In this document: in pieces, positions 27,965 through 42,716 of the stretch
Numbering within the stretch: the first letter of the stretch is position 1
How the letters are laid out: every line of letters starts with the position of its first letter
NCBI RefSeq assembly: GCF_006345805.1
Contig: NC_043002.1
Coordinates: 27,528,001-27,592,000, forward strand
Length of the DNA stretch: 64,000 bases
Reading direction: 5' to 3'
Origin: Octopus sinensis
Taxonomy: Eukaryota
The notes under the pieces: generated by a model
Told to the model about the DNA's origin: nothing
The model's database searches: none
The model's input: the letters and a program-made list of their open reading frames with translations, nothing else
Translations under genes and position numbers: made by a program

Positions 27965-29008
27965 CATATAGAAGAGTTGGCATCACAGTCATGGCTGTGC
28001 TAAATAACTACCAGCATATCGGTCTATATATGTGTGGTGGGTGTACGTTTGCGTTTTTATACGTCTGTATGTGCATTTATTTACACTCACACTCATACAC
28101 ACATCTACAGCAAATCAACTGCCCATCAACACGCAGACACATAGACACAAACATACACGCACTCACACAAACACATACGCAACTAGTTTGGTCGCAATTC
28201 TTGCCTAATTTGATTTTTTTTTAATATTTGCTAAATGGCAGACTGATTGTGGAAGACGACATTTATTCAAAGTGCTTCCCAGAGGAATCGAACGTACAAG
28301 CAAACTTATGATTGTGGAGCGAACTTCTTAACCACATGATATTGCACGCATCAATAGAACTAAATTAGATAGTGGAAAAAATATAATGTTGAAGAAGAAA
28401 TCTACTTGTAAAGTTAATTAGAGACAGGAGGAATACCAATTTTCTAAGTGGATCTCCAAATCTGTAAAGTAGATTCGATAGTCCGGAAGAATGGTTAAAT
28501 AATGTGTAGACGAGACAGAGAAAGAAAACCCCCTTAGCAATAGGAAGTAAAAAGATTTCGTGTCACTAGAAAATTACTGCAAATACGTTATTAGTTCTAT
28601 GGAGCCTGTAAGCAATCTATCGAAACCAAAACCGTAGCGATTTTGAATGGTTTTGTAGTTAAGTGGTTTATAGTATGTGGATAAGTGAATGGTTTTCGAA
28701 ATACTACGAACATGCTAATTATTATTTGGTTGGATTAATTCACACGCAGATTGTTTTTTTCCCTCGATATTTCTCTACTTATTGATCTCACTGGAAAATA
28801 TAATGAGATATATTAAACAGACTGGATTAGTTATACATGACTAGTCGAAAACTAAAGAAAGACCAACCTTACAGAAATACACTCTAATACATTCTAAGCA
28901 AACACGCACAAGTACATAAACAAGAACAAGCGTGCGCTAGACACCATACACAAACACATACACACATGAAGATATAATGAGAATATATACATATATTAGG
29001 AGTATACG

Positions 29009-29071
<63 letters not shown>

Positions 29072-29276
29072 CATATATATATATATATGTATATTAATGT
29101 ATATATGTATTTATGTATACATCTATGTATGTATCAATCCCACCTAAGTTTCACAAAAACACTTGGCAAATAACGAGACAATTACAAAGACACACACACA
29201 AATATACACACACGCACGAGCGCACACATAGACGTGTGTGTGTATATGTATATGTGTGTACGTGTGTTGCGCGCGC

Positions 29277-29315
<39 letters not shown>

Positions 29316-29439
29316 TGAGCAAAAACTGAATAGATTATCTCGGATAAAGACTGTTTAAATGTTACTAAAGATTGCCTTCGAACTTGCTTTAGATTAATGA
29401 ATACACTCTTTCCTATTTCACATAAGTGTGAAATTTTCA

Positions 29440-29990
29440 GCAAAAATCATGTTAAGACTGTCTATAATAGTCTGGGTATGATTGGCTTGCAGGATTCTGA
29501 CCACGACTAAAAATCTATCTCTAAGCACTAAACAAAATACTCCTCTTCAACGCAATTGCAGCGAAAGGCTGGATAAGATGACCCTTTATTCATAATAACT
29601 GTCAAAAGACATTGTAAGCAAAGCAGATATTGAATCGTCGTGAAGTCGGTTAACTGATAATACTTTTGAAAAAAGATACAATCAACATATCCAATGTTTA
29701 GGTCAAGAAATAAATGTATTGTTACATCTTTTCGGAAATATTTTTGTCCTTGAAAAGCAGAAACGAGAGCAACATCATCAAAATAATGGACTATCTCTCT
29801 GCCTTTGTCTGTTAAAAACAGAACATATTTCAAGAGGTTTGTAAATTTCCAAATTTGGCATTGTTGCAAAGGTAACGAGATATGACTATTGGACAATGAA
29901 CAGATTGAACCTTTCATAGACACATGGATTTTCAAACGAGTAACAAGTCTAAGTTTAAGCAAATATTGACTCCTAATAACATGTCAAATA
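29440..29990 (+). mobile_element. Probable hAT transposase remnant
   Basis: Weak resemblance to Charlie-type NLQLQG..KF..FP.L motifs; heavily degraded. Confidence 0.3.
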
Positions 29991-30338
29991 CAGATGTCCT
30001 TAATAAAGACATGTTTCTACTTGTCCCGTGTGTAACGTATTAGGGTCCAAGAAAACTAAAGCGGAATCCATGCTAATATTAGAGATCAACACCGAAATAA
30101 AATATCAAGAGTAATTAAGTCGTTTTTGGAAAACATTCTCTATTTCATTTGGAAAAGAGCTCATATTTTGAGTGAATCACAAGACCTGAGTTAACTAACA
30201 AACTAGTGAAATCCACATGCCAATACACCTCTGCACTATCGTCGTTCACCCAGCTCTACGCAGGCGGCTTTGGTGAATTCGGAACCATAGCAGAAGACAC
30301 TTGTTTAGATACGTGCAGTGGGCTCGAAACCAGAACTA

Positions 30339-31160
30339 CGTGGGGGTACCCAAAAGAACCAGGAATTTTATCGCCTTCACAGAATTCTCCATTTGAAGCT
30401 ACGCATCGGTCCAGACACATTTTCCACTGTTCGAAGCAGTCCTGGAACCCTTGCAAAGCGACACCATTTAACGCCTCCCTGTTTTTTTCTTCACCTTTTC
30501 TACATCTGCAAATTCCGTAGCACCAGCTTTCGTCAGAAGCAATAACCTTCGGGAAAAGAACCGGATCAACTTCCAACTGTTCTTTCAGTTTACGACTCGC
30601 ATTCTGCTTTTGTTCTTCCGTAAGCAAGAGAGGCACAACTTTTTCTGCAGTTCTCTTCTTTTGCAATCCCTGGTGCAAAATTCGTTGATAGGAGTTCCTG
30701 GAAATACAAGTCATATCCACAAGTTCGTCAATTCTTCGGTAACGGTCGTCCAGTATCAGTTCATGAATTTTCATGTTTTCATGAGGTCGACGGTCGTCCT
30801 GAACGAGGTTGAAATTCAAGCGACAAGTAACCATCCCTAAAGCGAAGAAACCACTCGTAAACTTATGTTTTGCTCATGACAACGTCCTTGTAATATGTTT
30901 GAAGCATGAAAACTGTTCTGGCCGTAGTTTTCTCAAGTACAAAACAGAAGCCCAGTTTTCCTTCGTTTCAACCATCGCAAAAATCGATGAATATGGGAGA
31001 AGAACTGCAAAATTAACATGTACCACTTGGCAGTAAGATGACGCCGGTCGGCAGACTGATGCCTGAGGGTTGCATCATGCGGCTTCAAGCGGCTGAAGCC
31101 CGAACTACAGCGGGATTGTCCCACAGAATATGTTTCCGATTACTTTCCGACACCCCATCG
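30339..31160 (-). mobile_element. mariner element, internally deleted, flanked by TA
   Basis: TIRs cgtgggggtacccaaaagaaccaggaa and cgatggggtgtcggaaagtaatcggaa; ORF has IASDESWCYG fused directly to the C-terminal CFEQWKMCLDRCVASNGEFCE. Confidence 0.9.
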
Positions 31161-32543
31161 TAAGTTCGATTCCTGCTTTTGTGGTTAGCAACCGAATTTG
31201 CATCTCATACGTCTGAGCTTCCTACAACAGATCTAAATAATAAGCGAATATAATGCTAGATTGAAAATTTAATGCTATTATAGTATACTGAAAAGCTTAA
31301 ATGCCAACAGAAAGAAGACATTTTATTCCGTTGTTCACTTAATCTGCAATGAAGAAGCAGCCTTTACCAAATAAGTAAACAAGAAACAGACAAGGATATA
31401 ACTTAAGAAAGGAATCGATACAGACATCCTGTCATTGTTGTTGTTGTTGATCTTTTTTATTGGCAATATCGTTAGAGTTTTGAGAGTATAGTCTGCAATA
31501 TTTCTTCCTGCTCTTTGCGATCTGAGCCTTTCATCGTTTCGGGCTGAATAACAAAGTAACAATCAAGTACCGGAATCCTCAAAACTGATGGACGTGTGCC
31601 TAAATTATAAACCATTAGCATAGTCCTTCTTAGATCAAAGACCGATCAAGCTCACAAGATGACATTCTAGTCCATCGTTCAGAAATTTTATATCTAAATA
31701 TTCCTTATCTAACGCCTTTCTTTACAGGACAGAGTTTCATTTCGGAGAGATTTTAATCATATTCCTATATTGAGGATCAACCTTGGAAAAAAAACTCTCT
31801 CATTGTTGCATTATATCTGGTTCAAACAATTAATGTTTTCAATGTCTAGAATTTCTCAAAAGCTTCCATACTAATATGCTATTATCCCGCTGTGATTTAT
31901 TTAATCGGGCCTTGCGGGATGGGATTTCAGAACGTAAAGTAATGTAATTCAATACCACAATGTGTTTTATTCGTAGTTCTACCGATTCCAATAATCCACA
32001 GTCCTAGATTTAAGTGGTTTTCGTTTTTAAGTGCTCTATACGTAATAAATTGATGAATGTTTTCGAAATAGCATTAATATGGTAATTATTATTTGGTCGG
32101 CTTAACTGGCACAACTATTTCTCCTTCTATAGCCTACTTATTGATCTAGCTGAGAAATAAGTTATATAAAAACTTGTATTAGGTAAAAATTGAAGTGTTA
32201 TACATGACTCGTCTAAAAGTAAAAGTCTTAAAAACCCATTTATAAACACACACACAAAAACACATATACAGATATATGTGCGTGTGTTTGTGTAATTGTA
32301 TGTGTTTTTGTGAGTGTATGTGTGTGTGTACATACACTTTTATACATACGAATATATGTGTATATACATATATATATGTATGCATAAGTATACATAAGTG
32401 CGTGTGTGTGTGGTATATATATATATATATATATATATACATACATACATACATATATATAGCACACAGATTCATGTACACACGCATACACACACACACC
32501 TGTACACATTCATATGTATATATATGTATATATATATATATTA

Positions 32544-32574
<31 letters not shown>

Positions 32575-32628
32575 GTATATATGTATGTATGTATGTATAC
32601 ATTGTTATTATTATTATTATTATTATTA

Positions 32629-32660
<32 letters not shown>

Positions 32661-35039
32661 GATTGAATGCCACGCATCCCCTTCCAAGTAAGTTTTATAT
32701 ATATGTATGTAGGCATGAGTGTGTGGGTGTATTCCCCTTTTAACATATCAAAGCTACTATGGGCGTGTACGTTTCATTGTGTGTGTATGCGTATGCGGTT
32801 TTCAAAAACATTACTTATCTTGCGCAGTGTATGCTTCTTTGCGCATGAGCTCATTGATTACTTGCTTTAGAGATAATGGAACCAGAGATAACCAATCCCT
32901 GACCATTAGACCGTATTATCACTGTAGGGGAGATTTACGGCACAGAACAACTAATTGATTAAAACATGTTGGGTCCTGTACTTGTTGTTATTGTTTACCC
33001 TTGGTCAACCCTGATAAATATACCCTTGCTGTGCCCATCTTACCATTATTATTCTTTTTTTTTTTTGAGATACAGTTACCCGAGCTATATCATTTGATGT
33101 TTCGCTCGCTTTTTAAATCAATTTAATACAATATGAGATAGATTTGGCTTCTATTTCTAAATGGTCCCTTCATTAATACGGACATACTAATTGCTGTTGG
33201 TGTTGTACTGGATACGGTTGTGCTTGGGATTGTATATTTCTTTTATTCATGATAAAGCAAACTTGAACACCCCCCCCCATCTGTTACGTGTCTCCAGGAA
33301 TACAGATCCTAATGTATATTAATGCGTAAATTAAAGGAAATTTTGCAACTATTCCTAGCAGTTATTCCTTCATTAATTCGTTGATGTCGTACATAGTGTT
33401 GTTAATCCAAACATTACACAATCAAAACATATCTAATAAGGTTTCACTGATCTCTTATTAATACTGATTACATTTCCTGTGTAATTTTATGCTTTGTGAA
33501 TACATACACAATATTTCATCCTCTTCTGGCAAATTAGGATTACAAGAATGCGAAGCTTATATAGCATTTACAAAGAATTTGGGCGAATAAACGAGCTCTA
33601 TATGGCTACTAATCTTGCTACAAATAGAAAGTGAATCTCCTTATTATGATATCGTAATGCCTTAAAGAATGTGGATATACTATATATTTGATAATAGATT
33701 CTTTGATACATACGTATGCATATACATATACATACGCATGCATGTCTTTATATAAATATAAATACAAGTTTCCCATATTTCCGTACGTATCTAGTCAAGG
33801 GATTATATGGCAAGTCAAGGCAGAATATTACTCAGAAAAATTACAAACATTCGTAATTGCTTTTGTTGTGTAAAACATACAGAAAAATTAAGTAAATTAC
33901 ATACACGCACAGACGCGCGCACACACATTCTTGCAGACACATACACACACACATACATATATATATACATATGCATACATATATATATACACACACACAC
34001 ACATACGTACACATTATATATATGTATATGTACATATATGCATATCAATATATATGTGCGTGTGTATATAAGCGTGGGGGTGGATTATTTTATAATCTAG
34101 TGAGATGACTGTGAATTGTTTCTTTTTGGGGATTGATTTGCAGCTAGCCACCTTAATTATTTTATAATTTTCACATTACCATTTTGCGGTATCAGCAAAA
34201 TACTGATAAGTGAAATTTCAGCTTCGTCACGCACAATGGAGTAAACATTACAGATGAATATTAATTTTCATGCGAAATCAGCAAGCCAATCTAATGCTCT
34301 CGCTTGCAGTGGGGAGGTTGTCTCTCTTGTCAGTACATAGAACACTTTGTGGTTAAAAATTATTTGACCCTTATTTCTAGCAATGTGCTTCCTGCACCCT
34401 TCCAGAGAGAGGGGGAGAAGGAGCGTGAGAGACATAGACAGATACAGAGATATATTCCCACTTGAAAGGAATTACTGAATTTCTTCGTAATTCTCCCCGC
34501 TCTCCTCATGTGTGACCCACATGTATTTCTAACACATATCTGGTGGGAACAGAACGGCAGAATCATTTCTCTATATTGCAATGGTTGATAGATAAGCTCC
34601 TATAGTAGAGATCTCTAATCCGATACCTTAGATTTCAAAAGAAGATTGATTTATTGAGAACTGATCTGCGTTGAGCCATTTGAGTAAATAAATGTCCAAT
34701 ATTTATCGTTTTTTTTTTCTTTTGACTTTTGCACGATAATTCAACAACTGCATTGATGCAAAAAATAACAGCTGTATGGTGATCTATTGTAAGATCTCAC
34801 TTTGTTGATCTTATTCTTTACGCCGATTTCAGAGTCATGTGTGTTAAGAGGTATATAAAACTATGTGGTTTAGAATTAGCTATTTGATGTGAGATAACCG
34901 ACATAGTTGCATGTTAGCACATACAACCATTCTCAGTGCAAGATTTGAAAGTGACTGAATAAGACCATTGCAAAAATATAAGATAAATAGCAAAGAACTA
35001 GTTCTATCCCCCATTTTACATCACGTCTGATAAAAAAAA

Positions 35040-35940
35040 ACTATGTCTGAGCATTGTCCACCAATTGCCACACACGTCTGGATATCTTAATAATTTGATT
35101 TTGGTAAGATTTGTAAATTAAATAGGACTAACATCTTTTCTGATAATTGTCCAATAACACCTTGTATTTCGCTAAACCAAGAAAATGAAACAATGGAACC
35201 AACAATAAAAGTTGAACTTTTGCACAACCCATGTCTCTTGAAGTTAACAAGAAGTAAATATAATACCAATGGATTTATTGTCCAGCATGAACACCTAATT
35301 GAAATTCAAGTAGAAAGGGTAACCCACACGTTGAACGAGCTCACCAGGAATCATTCCTTAGTTTTTCTCTACTACACGGAGAAGAGAAATTTCTCAAAAA
35401 TGATGTGTATGTTCTTGCCATATTTTCCTATACACAATACATACAGCAATGTAGCTCTCAGATGTTGAGGAAATGTGTTACTGTCCCACATTAATACGTA
35501 AGATTCCGCAGAACGCTCAGCATCATACTTCAATCAATTTACAGACTTTTATTGGAACATCATTAATGCTAAGAGTTTTACTATTTTTACGTTGAAAGAA
35601 AGAAAGGTTTTTTATTGCGATTTTCTGGATGAGTTCTAAAAAAAGGATCTATCGATGGTTTAGGAACAATTAGGTAGATCAATAAAAATATTCTTGCCAC
35701 CGTTGAATGATCCTTTTAGTATTTTATTTGACTTTTGCCAATCTTGGCACTAATGGGAGTACAGGAATCGAGTGAGGAGCATAAACTTGATTTATAGGAG
35801 AATGAAGTTCCTTAATATCCTTTTTTGTCGTATGCTGTCTGAAGATCACAAGCAGGCTTAATCCAATCCAAGCTTATTTTTCATGCTTCTGATTTTCTTC
35901 TGAATTTGCGATTTTACTGTTTTGCGTTCAAACAATATTT
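35040..35940 (-). mobile_element. Old RTE LINE fragment (linker to RT domain 3/4)
   Basis: IIQRWQEYF, MWDSNTFPQHLRAT and IGGQCSD match RTE motifs IL.RW.EHF, IW....PQD.KDAT and G..SD.F. Confidence 0.6.
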
Positions 35941-37734
35941 TTTTTTTTTTATTTCGATATAGTTGATTTATCCAGAGCCCGAAAGAAATGTCTTAACACA
36001 AATTTGTTTCTACTCTCTCTAAATATCACGTTTTCTTTCTTTTCCTTACAAGTAATGTAGTAGTAGCATCAACCAAATAATGACCTCTTAAATATGTTAA
36101 ACTGAATTTGAGCTTAATTTCTGCCTTAAGAAAGAATGTTTCAAGTTAAACCATGGTTTTTATCTAATTGGTTTTCTCGAGAGTGGGGGATCAGCTCAAT
36201 GGAGAATTGCTTTTTATTGTCGTTTTCATATTCTACAATGCTTCTCTCGCATTTGTTCCTGTTTTTTCTCGTTTTTCTCTTTTTAGAAATATGCATTTTA
36301 CTTGATATTTTTCGTAAATTTCTACAGACACCGATAAATCCCCCACCTGGTAGGTGTTTCATTATCTCTTTGCTTACACGTCCAATTTTCTCTCGTGTTC
36401 TCTGCTCATTACTTCTATTTTTGGATTCAATGTGAAAATTTTTTCTTAAATATGTTCGGATTCTGGCTAATAATCTATTCGTGAAACATTTATTTTAATT
36501 ATTTTTCATTTCATTATTTGATTCTTTTGAGATGTCCAAAGTTGTTTTCTTCCACAATCTTCTTACACACACACACACAAACACGCGTGAACAAACACAC
36601 ACGCAAGCACAACACATAACACACACGCACGCGCACACGCATACACACACACTCACACCCCGACCACTCACGAATACACAAATATATATATGTATATAAG
36701 CATATACATACACAAAAACTCAAAACATGTGTTTGTGTGAGTCGCGCGCGCGCGCGTGTGTGTATGTACGAGTTTCTGAGTGTATGTGTTCGTGTCTGTC
36801 TGTCCGTCTGTGTCTGTCTGCTCACACGTGTGGTTTTGGTTAAAGAGATGAAACTGCAAATGGAACAGTCCCTACTCTCCGAAACTGATGAGACTAATGC
36901 ATTCGATAGAAACAAAAATAATAGTGACAACAGCAATAGTACATGCAAACTAAGATACGACACTTCAGACAAATTATAACTAAAACAGATAATGCCTGAT
37001 GAACTAAAATGCTGACTTACCAAAGTATGACAACTTTGCTTCAATAATAAATCCCAAATATCAGATTTTGCGTTCAGCGACAAATTTGGAAACTGCAGAA
37101 GAGAAATATAGAAGTTAAGAAACAAAGATAAATTGAGCGTCCGAGGGAATAAAGAACGGGAATATAAAAAGAAATGTAAGGGCCTTAGTAATGTTGTTTC
37201 TGGCATTGCTCCAAGCTTGCTCAGGTCAAAGTGATCTATAACTCCAGTGCTCAACCGAACACATAGTGAAGACAGTCCTTTGATTAAAAATCTTGGAATA
37301 GTTGTCATCTAAGTACAGGCCTCCCACCATCTATCGCTTAGTGTAGACAGACTTAATAGGATCTGATAAAATTACTAAAACTGGTTTTGCATGCCTCCTA
37401 ACCACTAGCATAATGTGGAGAGGACGCTGATTACAGGCCTACAAGTAGTGGCTATCCTATCTCATAATATAAACAAGTGTACGTTACCCAATATATGTAT
37501 TCTTTATTTTCTAATCCTTCTTCTACGTTATTGTGTTTGAAGAAATGTGGTGAAATGAGTGGTAGATGATGAAATTAGAATGCGACTTTCTTATCTCGTT
37601 TATGTAAGGGAAGAGGGAAGAAAGGATGAATAAAAGGAAGAGAAAAGAGAGAGAAACAAACAAACAAAGTGTATAATATTTTTTCTTGAAAAGTTCAACT
37701 GCTTAGAGATCCTCTGATCATTCATGCTAATCAG

Positions 37735-38500
37735 GTGTCCGGTTCAACGTAAATGATGCTTGTGCAACATCACCTTAGTGTTCAGGATGCCGACTCCTCT
37801 CAAAACTAGGCGTCTGGGAGTGGAATCAGCAAGAATCAACCAACATTCAAAATGTGTCTAAAATATTTGTGATAGAAGCGTTCAAGGACATTAACATGAT
37901 ACCTGTAAAGGGTCCATGTCTTAGATGAATAAAAGAGCTACGGCAGCACATACGCACGGTACACATCAACTTTTACTCACCTTATGATGCCATGCTGAGA
38001 TCAAATACAAGTTTCAAGAGCCGTGAAAGAATAAGTTGCCTTCGGTAGCCTTAAAGTTATTTCATAATCCAAGGAGAAAGAACGGCTTTGGGCTGCCCAG
38101 ATAGACAAACTTGTCTACCACAGTATAGTTCCTTTAACTAAGGTCGATAGTTTCACATCTGGATTTCGAGATACAGGCTAGAACATCTTCTCCAGGCTAA
38201 TATTGAAACCAAATGCCTCGCCAGATGCAGAAATATTATCCATGACAGTTCGTATTTCTTCAACTGTATGCACAACTAAAGCGTGAAAGCGCCGGAAGGC
38301 GTGTCATGTAACCTAAAGTTTGGGCTCGGTAAAAAATGTCACGCTCCACTCCCATACCCAACTCAGTTAAATGAAGGCTATTAAGCTTCCAGATATGATA
38401 GCAAGCGGAACTTGAACCTTAATATAGCATTAATAAACTCAGAAAACGTAGTTGGTATTTTCAGCTTTTTCACATCTACACCCGGACGCTACGGAAGTAG
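37735..38500 (-). mobile_element. Old RTE LINE fragment (RT domain 4b to thumb)
   Basis: PTTFSEF, ALVVHTVEE, AFGFNISLEK, VVDKFVYLGS and VYRAYVLP*LFYSSKTWT. Confidence 0.8.
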
Positions 38501-38544
38501 ATCGATTGCATTGCAGCTGGCTAATTACCTTGAGTAATAATTAA

Positions 38545-38760
38545 TTCTAATTTTAGCACAAGACCAGCAAACTTAAGGGGAAAGGGAAGTCGATTAGAAC
38601 GACTCCAATACTTGATTGAGTGTTAATTTATTTTCCCCGAAAGAGGGAAAGGTAAATTCAAACTTGAAACACTTTGAATTCAGAACATAAGTAACTAGAA
38701 AAAACGTCACTAAACATTTTCCCCGTCGTGCAAACCGATTCTGACATTTTGCCTCTACTG
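38545..38760 (-). mobile_element. SINE family S1 copy (degraded)
   Basis: gaaagaggaaaggtaaattcaaac..ttgaattcagaac resembles 25185-25393. Confidence 0.7.
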
Positions 38761-38889
38761 ATTGGCAGAATAATGGCAGTCAATTTCACAAAATGTATGC
38801 CTGTTTCATTATGCTTTAGATACCAAGTAAGCTTTCTGTATTTATGATTATATGTATATGTGTGTACAAATATATCATGTGTATGTATG

Positions 38890-38929
<40 letters not shown>

Positions 38930-38930
38930 T

Positions 38931-38991
<61 letters not shown>

Positions 38992-40014
38992 GCGTGTGTG
39001 TGTGTGTGTGTGTCTGTGTGTTATAATGAAATTCATTATAATGAAATGCAATTTGTTTCATATAGGTCGCGCTGGTGGAAGGAACTCTGCAAGAAAAGGA
39101 GTGGGAGAAGATGAGAGTCAGAAACACCAGTTACAGGCGAAATAATCTGGGAAAGTTTACATTGAATTAGCGGTATTTTATTGAAAACATAACCGCAAGT
39201 TTTATCGCAGATTATATCTAATTTATTAATTTCACACACACACATGTACATATGAAACAAAATATTAAACTAATTTTTGAAAACTATTATCGATTACGTA
39301 ACATTTATAAGTATGTATATATATATATAAACAAAACATCGTCTCTCTATTCTAGTTTCACCTAACCCACAAGGTCCAACTTCAATGTCAGATCTACTTT
39401 TTAAATTAAATTTAGTACATATTATCATATACATACAGGCGAGGATAGGCACCTTAGTCAAGTTTCTACAATAGCCTAGGGCTGACTCTTTTCAAGCAAA
39501 GAAAAAAGAGTATGCTTCACATACACGCACACGCACACACACATACACACATACATACACGCACTCAAGTGTTTATATAATATTTTCAACGAAATTATTA
39601 TAATCATGTTTTCACATTCTATGTATGTTTCCTCAATTACTGACATATATCAGTGGTTTCTCCGAGTTTTCATGCGCCATTTTCTATCGTTAATAATATT
39701 GGCGGCCCTTTTGATAACACGGATATGTTAGCGTATATACATTTATACATATAATGTGTGTGTGCGTGTGTGTGCACGTGTATGTGGGTGAGTGTATGTG
39801 TGTGTATGTATGTATAATATCTACATATAAATATTATATATATATATATATATATACATACATATATATACATATATATATATATAAACTTATTGTACAT
39901 GGATGCGTGGCGTTCGATTAAATAATAATATAAATAATATACATATATACATGCAAACACATACATACACATACACACACATACACACACACACACATAC
40001 ATACATACATATAT

Positions 40015-40047
<33 letters not shown>

Positions 40048-40680
40048 GGGTACAGGATGTCACTAAACGTAAACAACATGAAGTACGAAAACAGAGGAGT
40101 TAAATACGCAGAAAAAGAGAGAAAAATGGAAAACAGAAGAAGTAACACAAAGAACGACACTACATCAGCCGTCCGCTGTTTATCTACTCCTGAGAGGATA
40201 CAATGGCCTAGTGTTCAGGGGAGAGGACTCGCGGTCTCAGGATCGTGCTTTCGATTTCCAGACTGGGCGTTGTGAGTGTTTATTGACCGAAAACACCTAA
40301 AGCTCCACGAGGCTCCAGCAGTGGGTGGTGGTGTACGCTGCTCTACTCTTTCACCAGAACCTTCTCTTACTCTTTCTTCCTGTTTCTATTCTACCTGTAT
40401 TTCAAAGGGCCATCCTTGTCACACGCTGTCTCACACTGAATCTCCCCGATAACTACGTTAAGGGTACACGTGGCTGCGGAGTGCTCCGCCACTTGCACGT
40501 TAATTTCACGTGCAGGTTGTTCCGTTGATCGGATCAACTGGATTCCTCGTTGTCGTAACCGACCGGGTGCCACGAATCTAATCCTCATTTCGAGCATTTG
40601 TCTTTGAATGCTCGAAATGAGGAGTAGATAGACAGCCACCAACTGATGAAGGGTCGTTTTTGGTGCTACTTGTTCACGTT
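40048..40680. mobile_element. Inverted pair of pLTR-like repeats (family shared with 55135-55330), interrupted by a SINE
   Basis: Minus copy 40048-40191 plus 40576-40598; plus copy 40598-40680; hairpin tcctcatttcgagcatt-tgtctttg-aatgctcgaaatgagga. Confidence 0.8.
40192..40575 (+). mobile_element. SINE family S3, body type B, with 10-bp TSD
   Basis: Same head as 18762; different body ending gtcgtaaccgaccgggtgcca; TSD atctactcct (40182-40191) and atctaatcct (40576-40585). Confidence 0.88.
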
Positions 40681-40987
40681 ATATATATATTACGGAGATG
40701 TACTTGCATAGCGAGTGACTTGATCTGAGATCGTGTACTGGAACGAAAACAATTCCAGCGTTGAAGGTGTTTATAAGCCATTTAAGAAATACACAAAACC
40801 GTTAGATTCACTTCAACATTTAAATTTAATTTGTCAAAATATTTTCGTCACTTTATATATATATATATAATATATATAATATATATATATATATATCAAA
40901 TGGCGGTGCCCCAGCAAAATGGCGGTGCCCCAGCATGGCCACAGCTCATTAGCTGAAACTGGAAATATCAAAAATCAAAATCAAATC

Positions 40988-41022
<35 letters not shown>

Positions 41023-41026
41023 ACAT

Positions 41027-41060
<34 letters not shown>

Positions 41061-41131
41061 ATGTATATATATATATATATATGATATATATTATATATAA
41101 TGTATATATATATATATATATATAATGTATA

Positions 41132-41167
<36 letters not shown>

Positions 41168-41858
41168 TGTATATTGTATGGACGTGTGTATGTATGTATG
41201 TATTCGTTTGGATTAGTGAACGGGAAAACTGCTCAATGTCATACTAGAGGCAATAGTTTATTCAGAGCGGTCCTCTAAAGTATCATTATTAATGATAGGT
41301 AAAGCCATTTTGCTGTGAAGAACGGTGACGGGAGAGAGAATATAGGAACACGAGGGAAAGGCGATGAAGACTCCACAATGCACATGGATACAAGTACACT
41401 TGCTCATGCAAATACATGTCCTGGGTTGGTCGTCAAAGAAATAGACGAAGGTAGAAAGGGAGAAATCTAGGAAAACAGAATACACACTTATGCAACTGGC
41501 CTGTTATGAGAGCATTTGTATGCACATCAAAGGGATGACTTTTGATTTACAAGCTTCCGCCTCTCAGTTCTTACCAGTTACTTTCCTTACTTTATAGTCT
41601 CATCTTGTCTTTATTACTTTCTTTTCACTTTCTGTACGTGAATATGAACTTCGATACTTATATTGTTTGCCTACTGGCGTATCAGACCCCCTCGCTACTA
41701 TTGATTATTTCATTCCCTTGTCAGCAGCAAGCTAACGGCTAGCTGCCATGCGTGTGTATATGTGAGAAGGAGAAATATTTAGCATTCAATATTCTCTTAT
41801 CAACACGGACCTAAGTCACATGTGTGTACGTACGTGGTCGTCTGTAAGCTTGTGTACA

Positions 41859-41894
<36 letters not shown>

Positions 41895-41989
41895 AGAGAG
41901 AGTAAGAGAGAAAGAGAAAGAGAGGGAGAAAAGAGAGAGGGAGAGGAAGGAAGAGTGAGAGATTGGAGAGAGTGTGTATAACTGTGTAT

Positions 41990-42170
41990 GAGCATTATAC
42001 AGTTCTTCTAATTCGCGACTCCTGACAAAAAAAGAACGGTTTGTTAGTTCATGTAATATGTGTCGACTGGCATGAATACCCACCACCCAATTTCCTACTT
42101 GACGAAACGACCACACAAATGAAGAACTCCAGAGTAACAGACTACTTAACATTATATGCACACTGTCAGA
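41990..42170 (-). mobile_element. Probable RTE/RTEX C-terminal fragment
   Basis: LSSLLLWSSSFVWSFRQVG resembles S..LLW.P.HG.R..GRP. Confidence 0.35.
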
Positions 42171-42184
42171 CACACATTGACATA

Positions 42185-42716
<532 letters not shown>

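Noticed and set aside
36136-36435. MKHLPGGGF resemblance to Polinton polymerase B (PLP.GGF)
   Set aside because: Single short motif with no flanking polymerase motifs.
36514-37308. 264-aa minus-strand ORF, and an opposite-strand PDELKC*L..V*QL resemblance to MRG15
   Set aside because: The ORF runs into microsatellite and has no recognisable motif. The MRG-like match is limited to a few residues with many stops and could equally be a LINE remnant.
40828-40854. Minus-strand GAC-GAAA-AUAU-UU half hammerhead
   Set aside because: The 5' half is absent (replaced by a TA repeat), so the motif cannot be supported.
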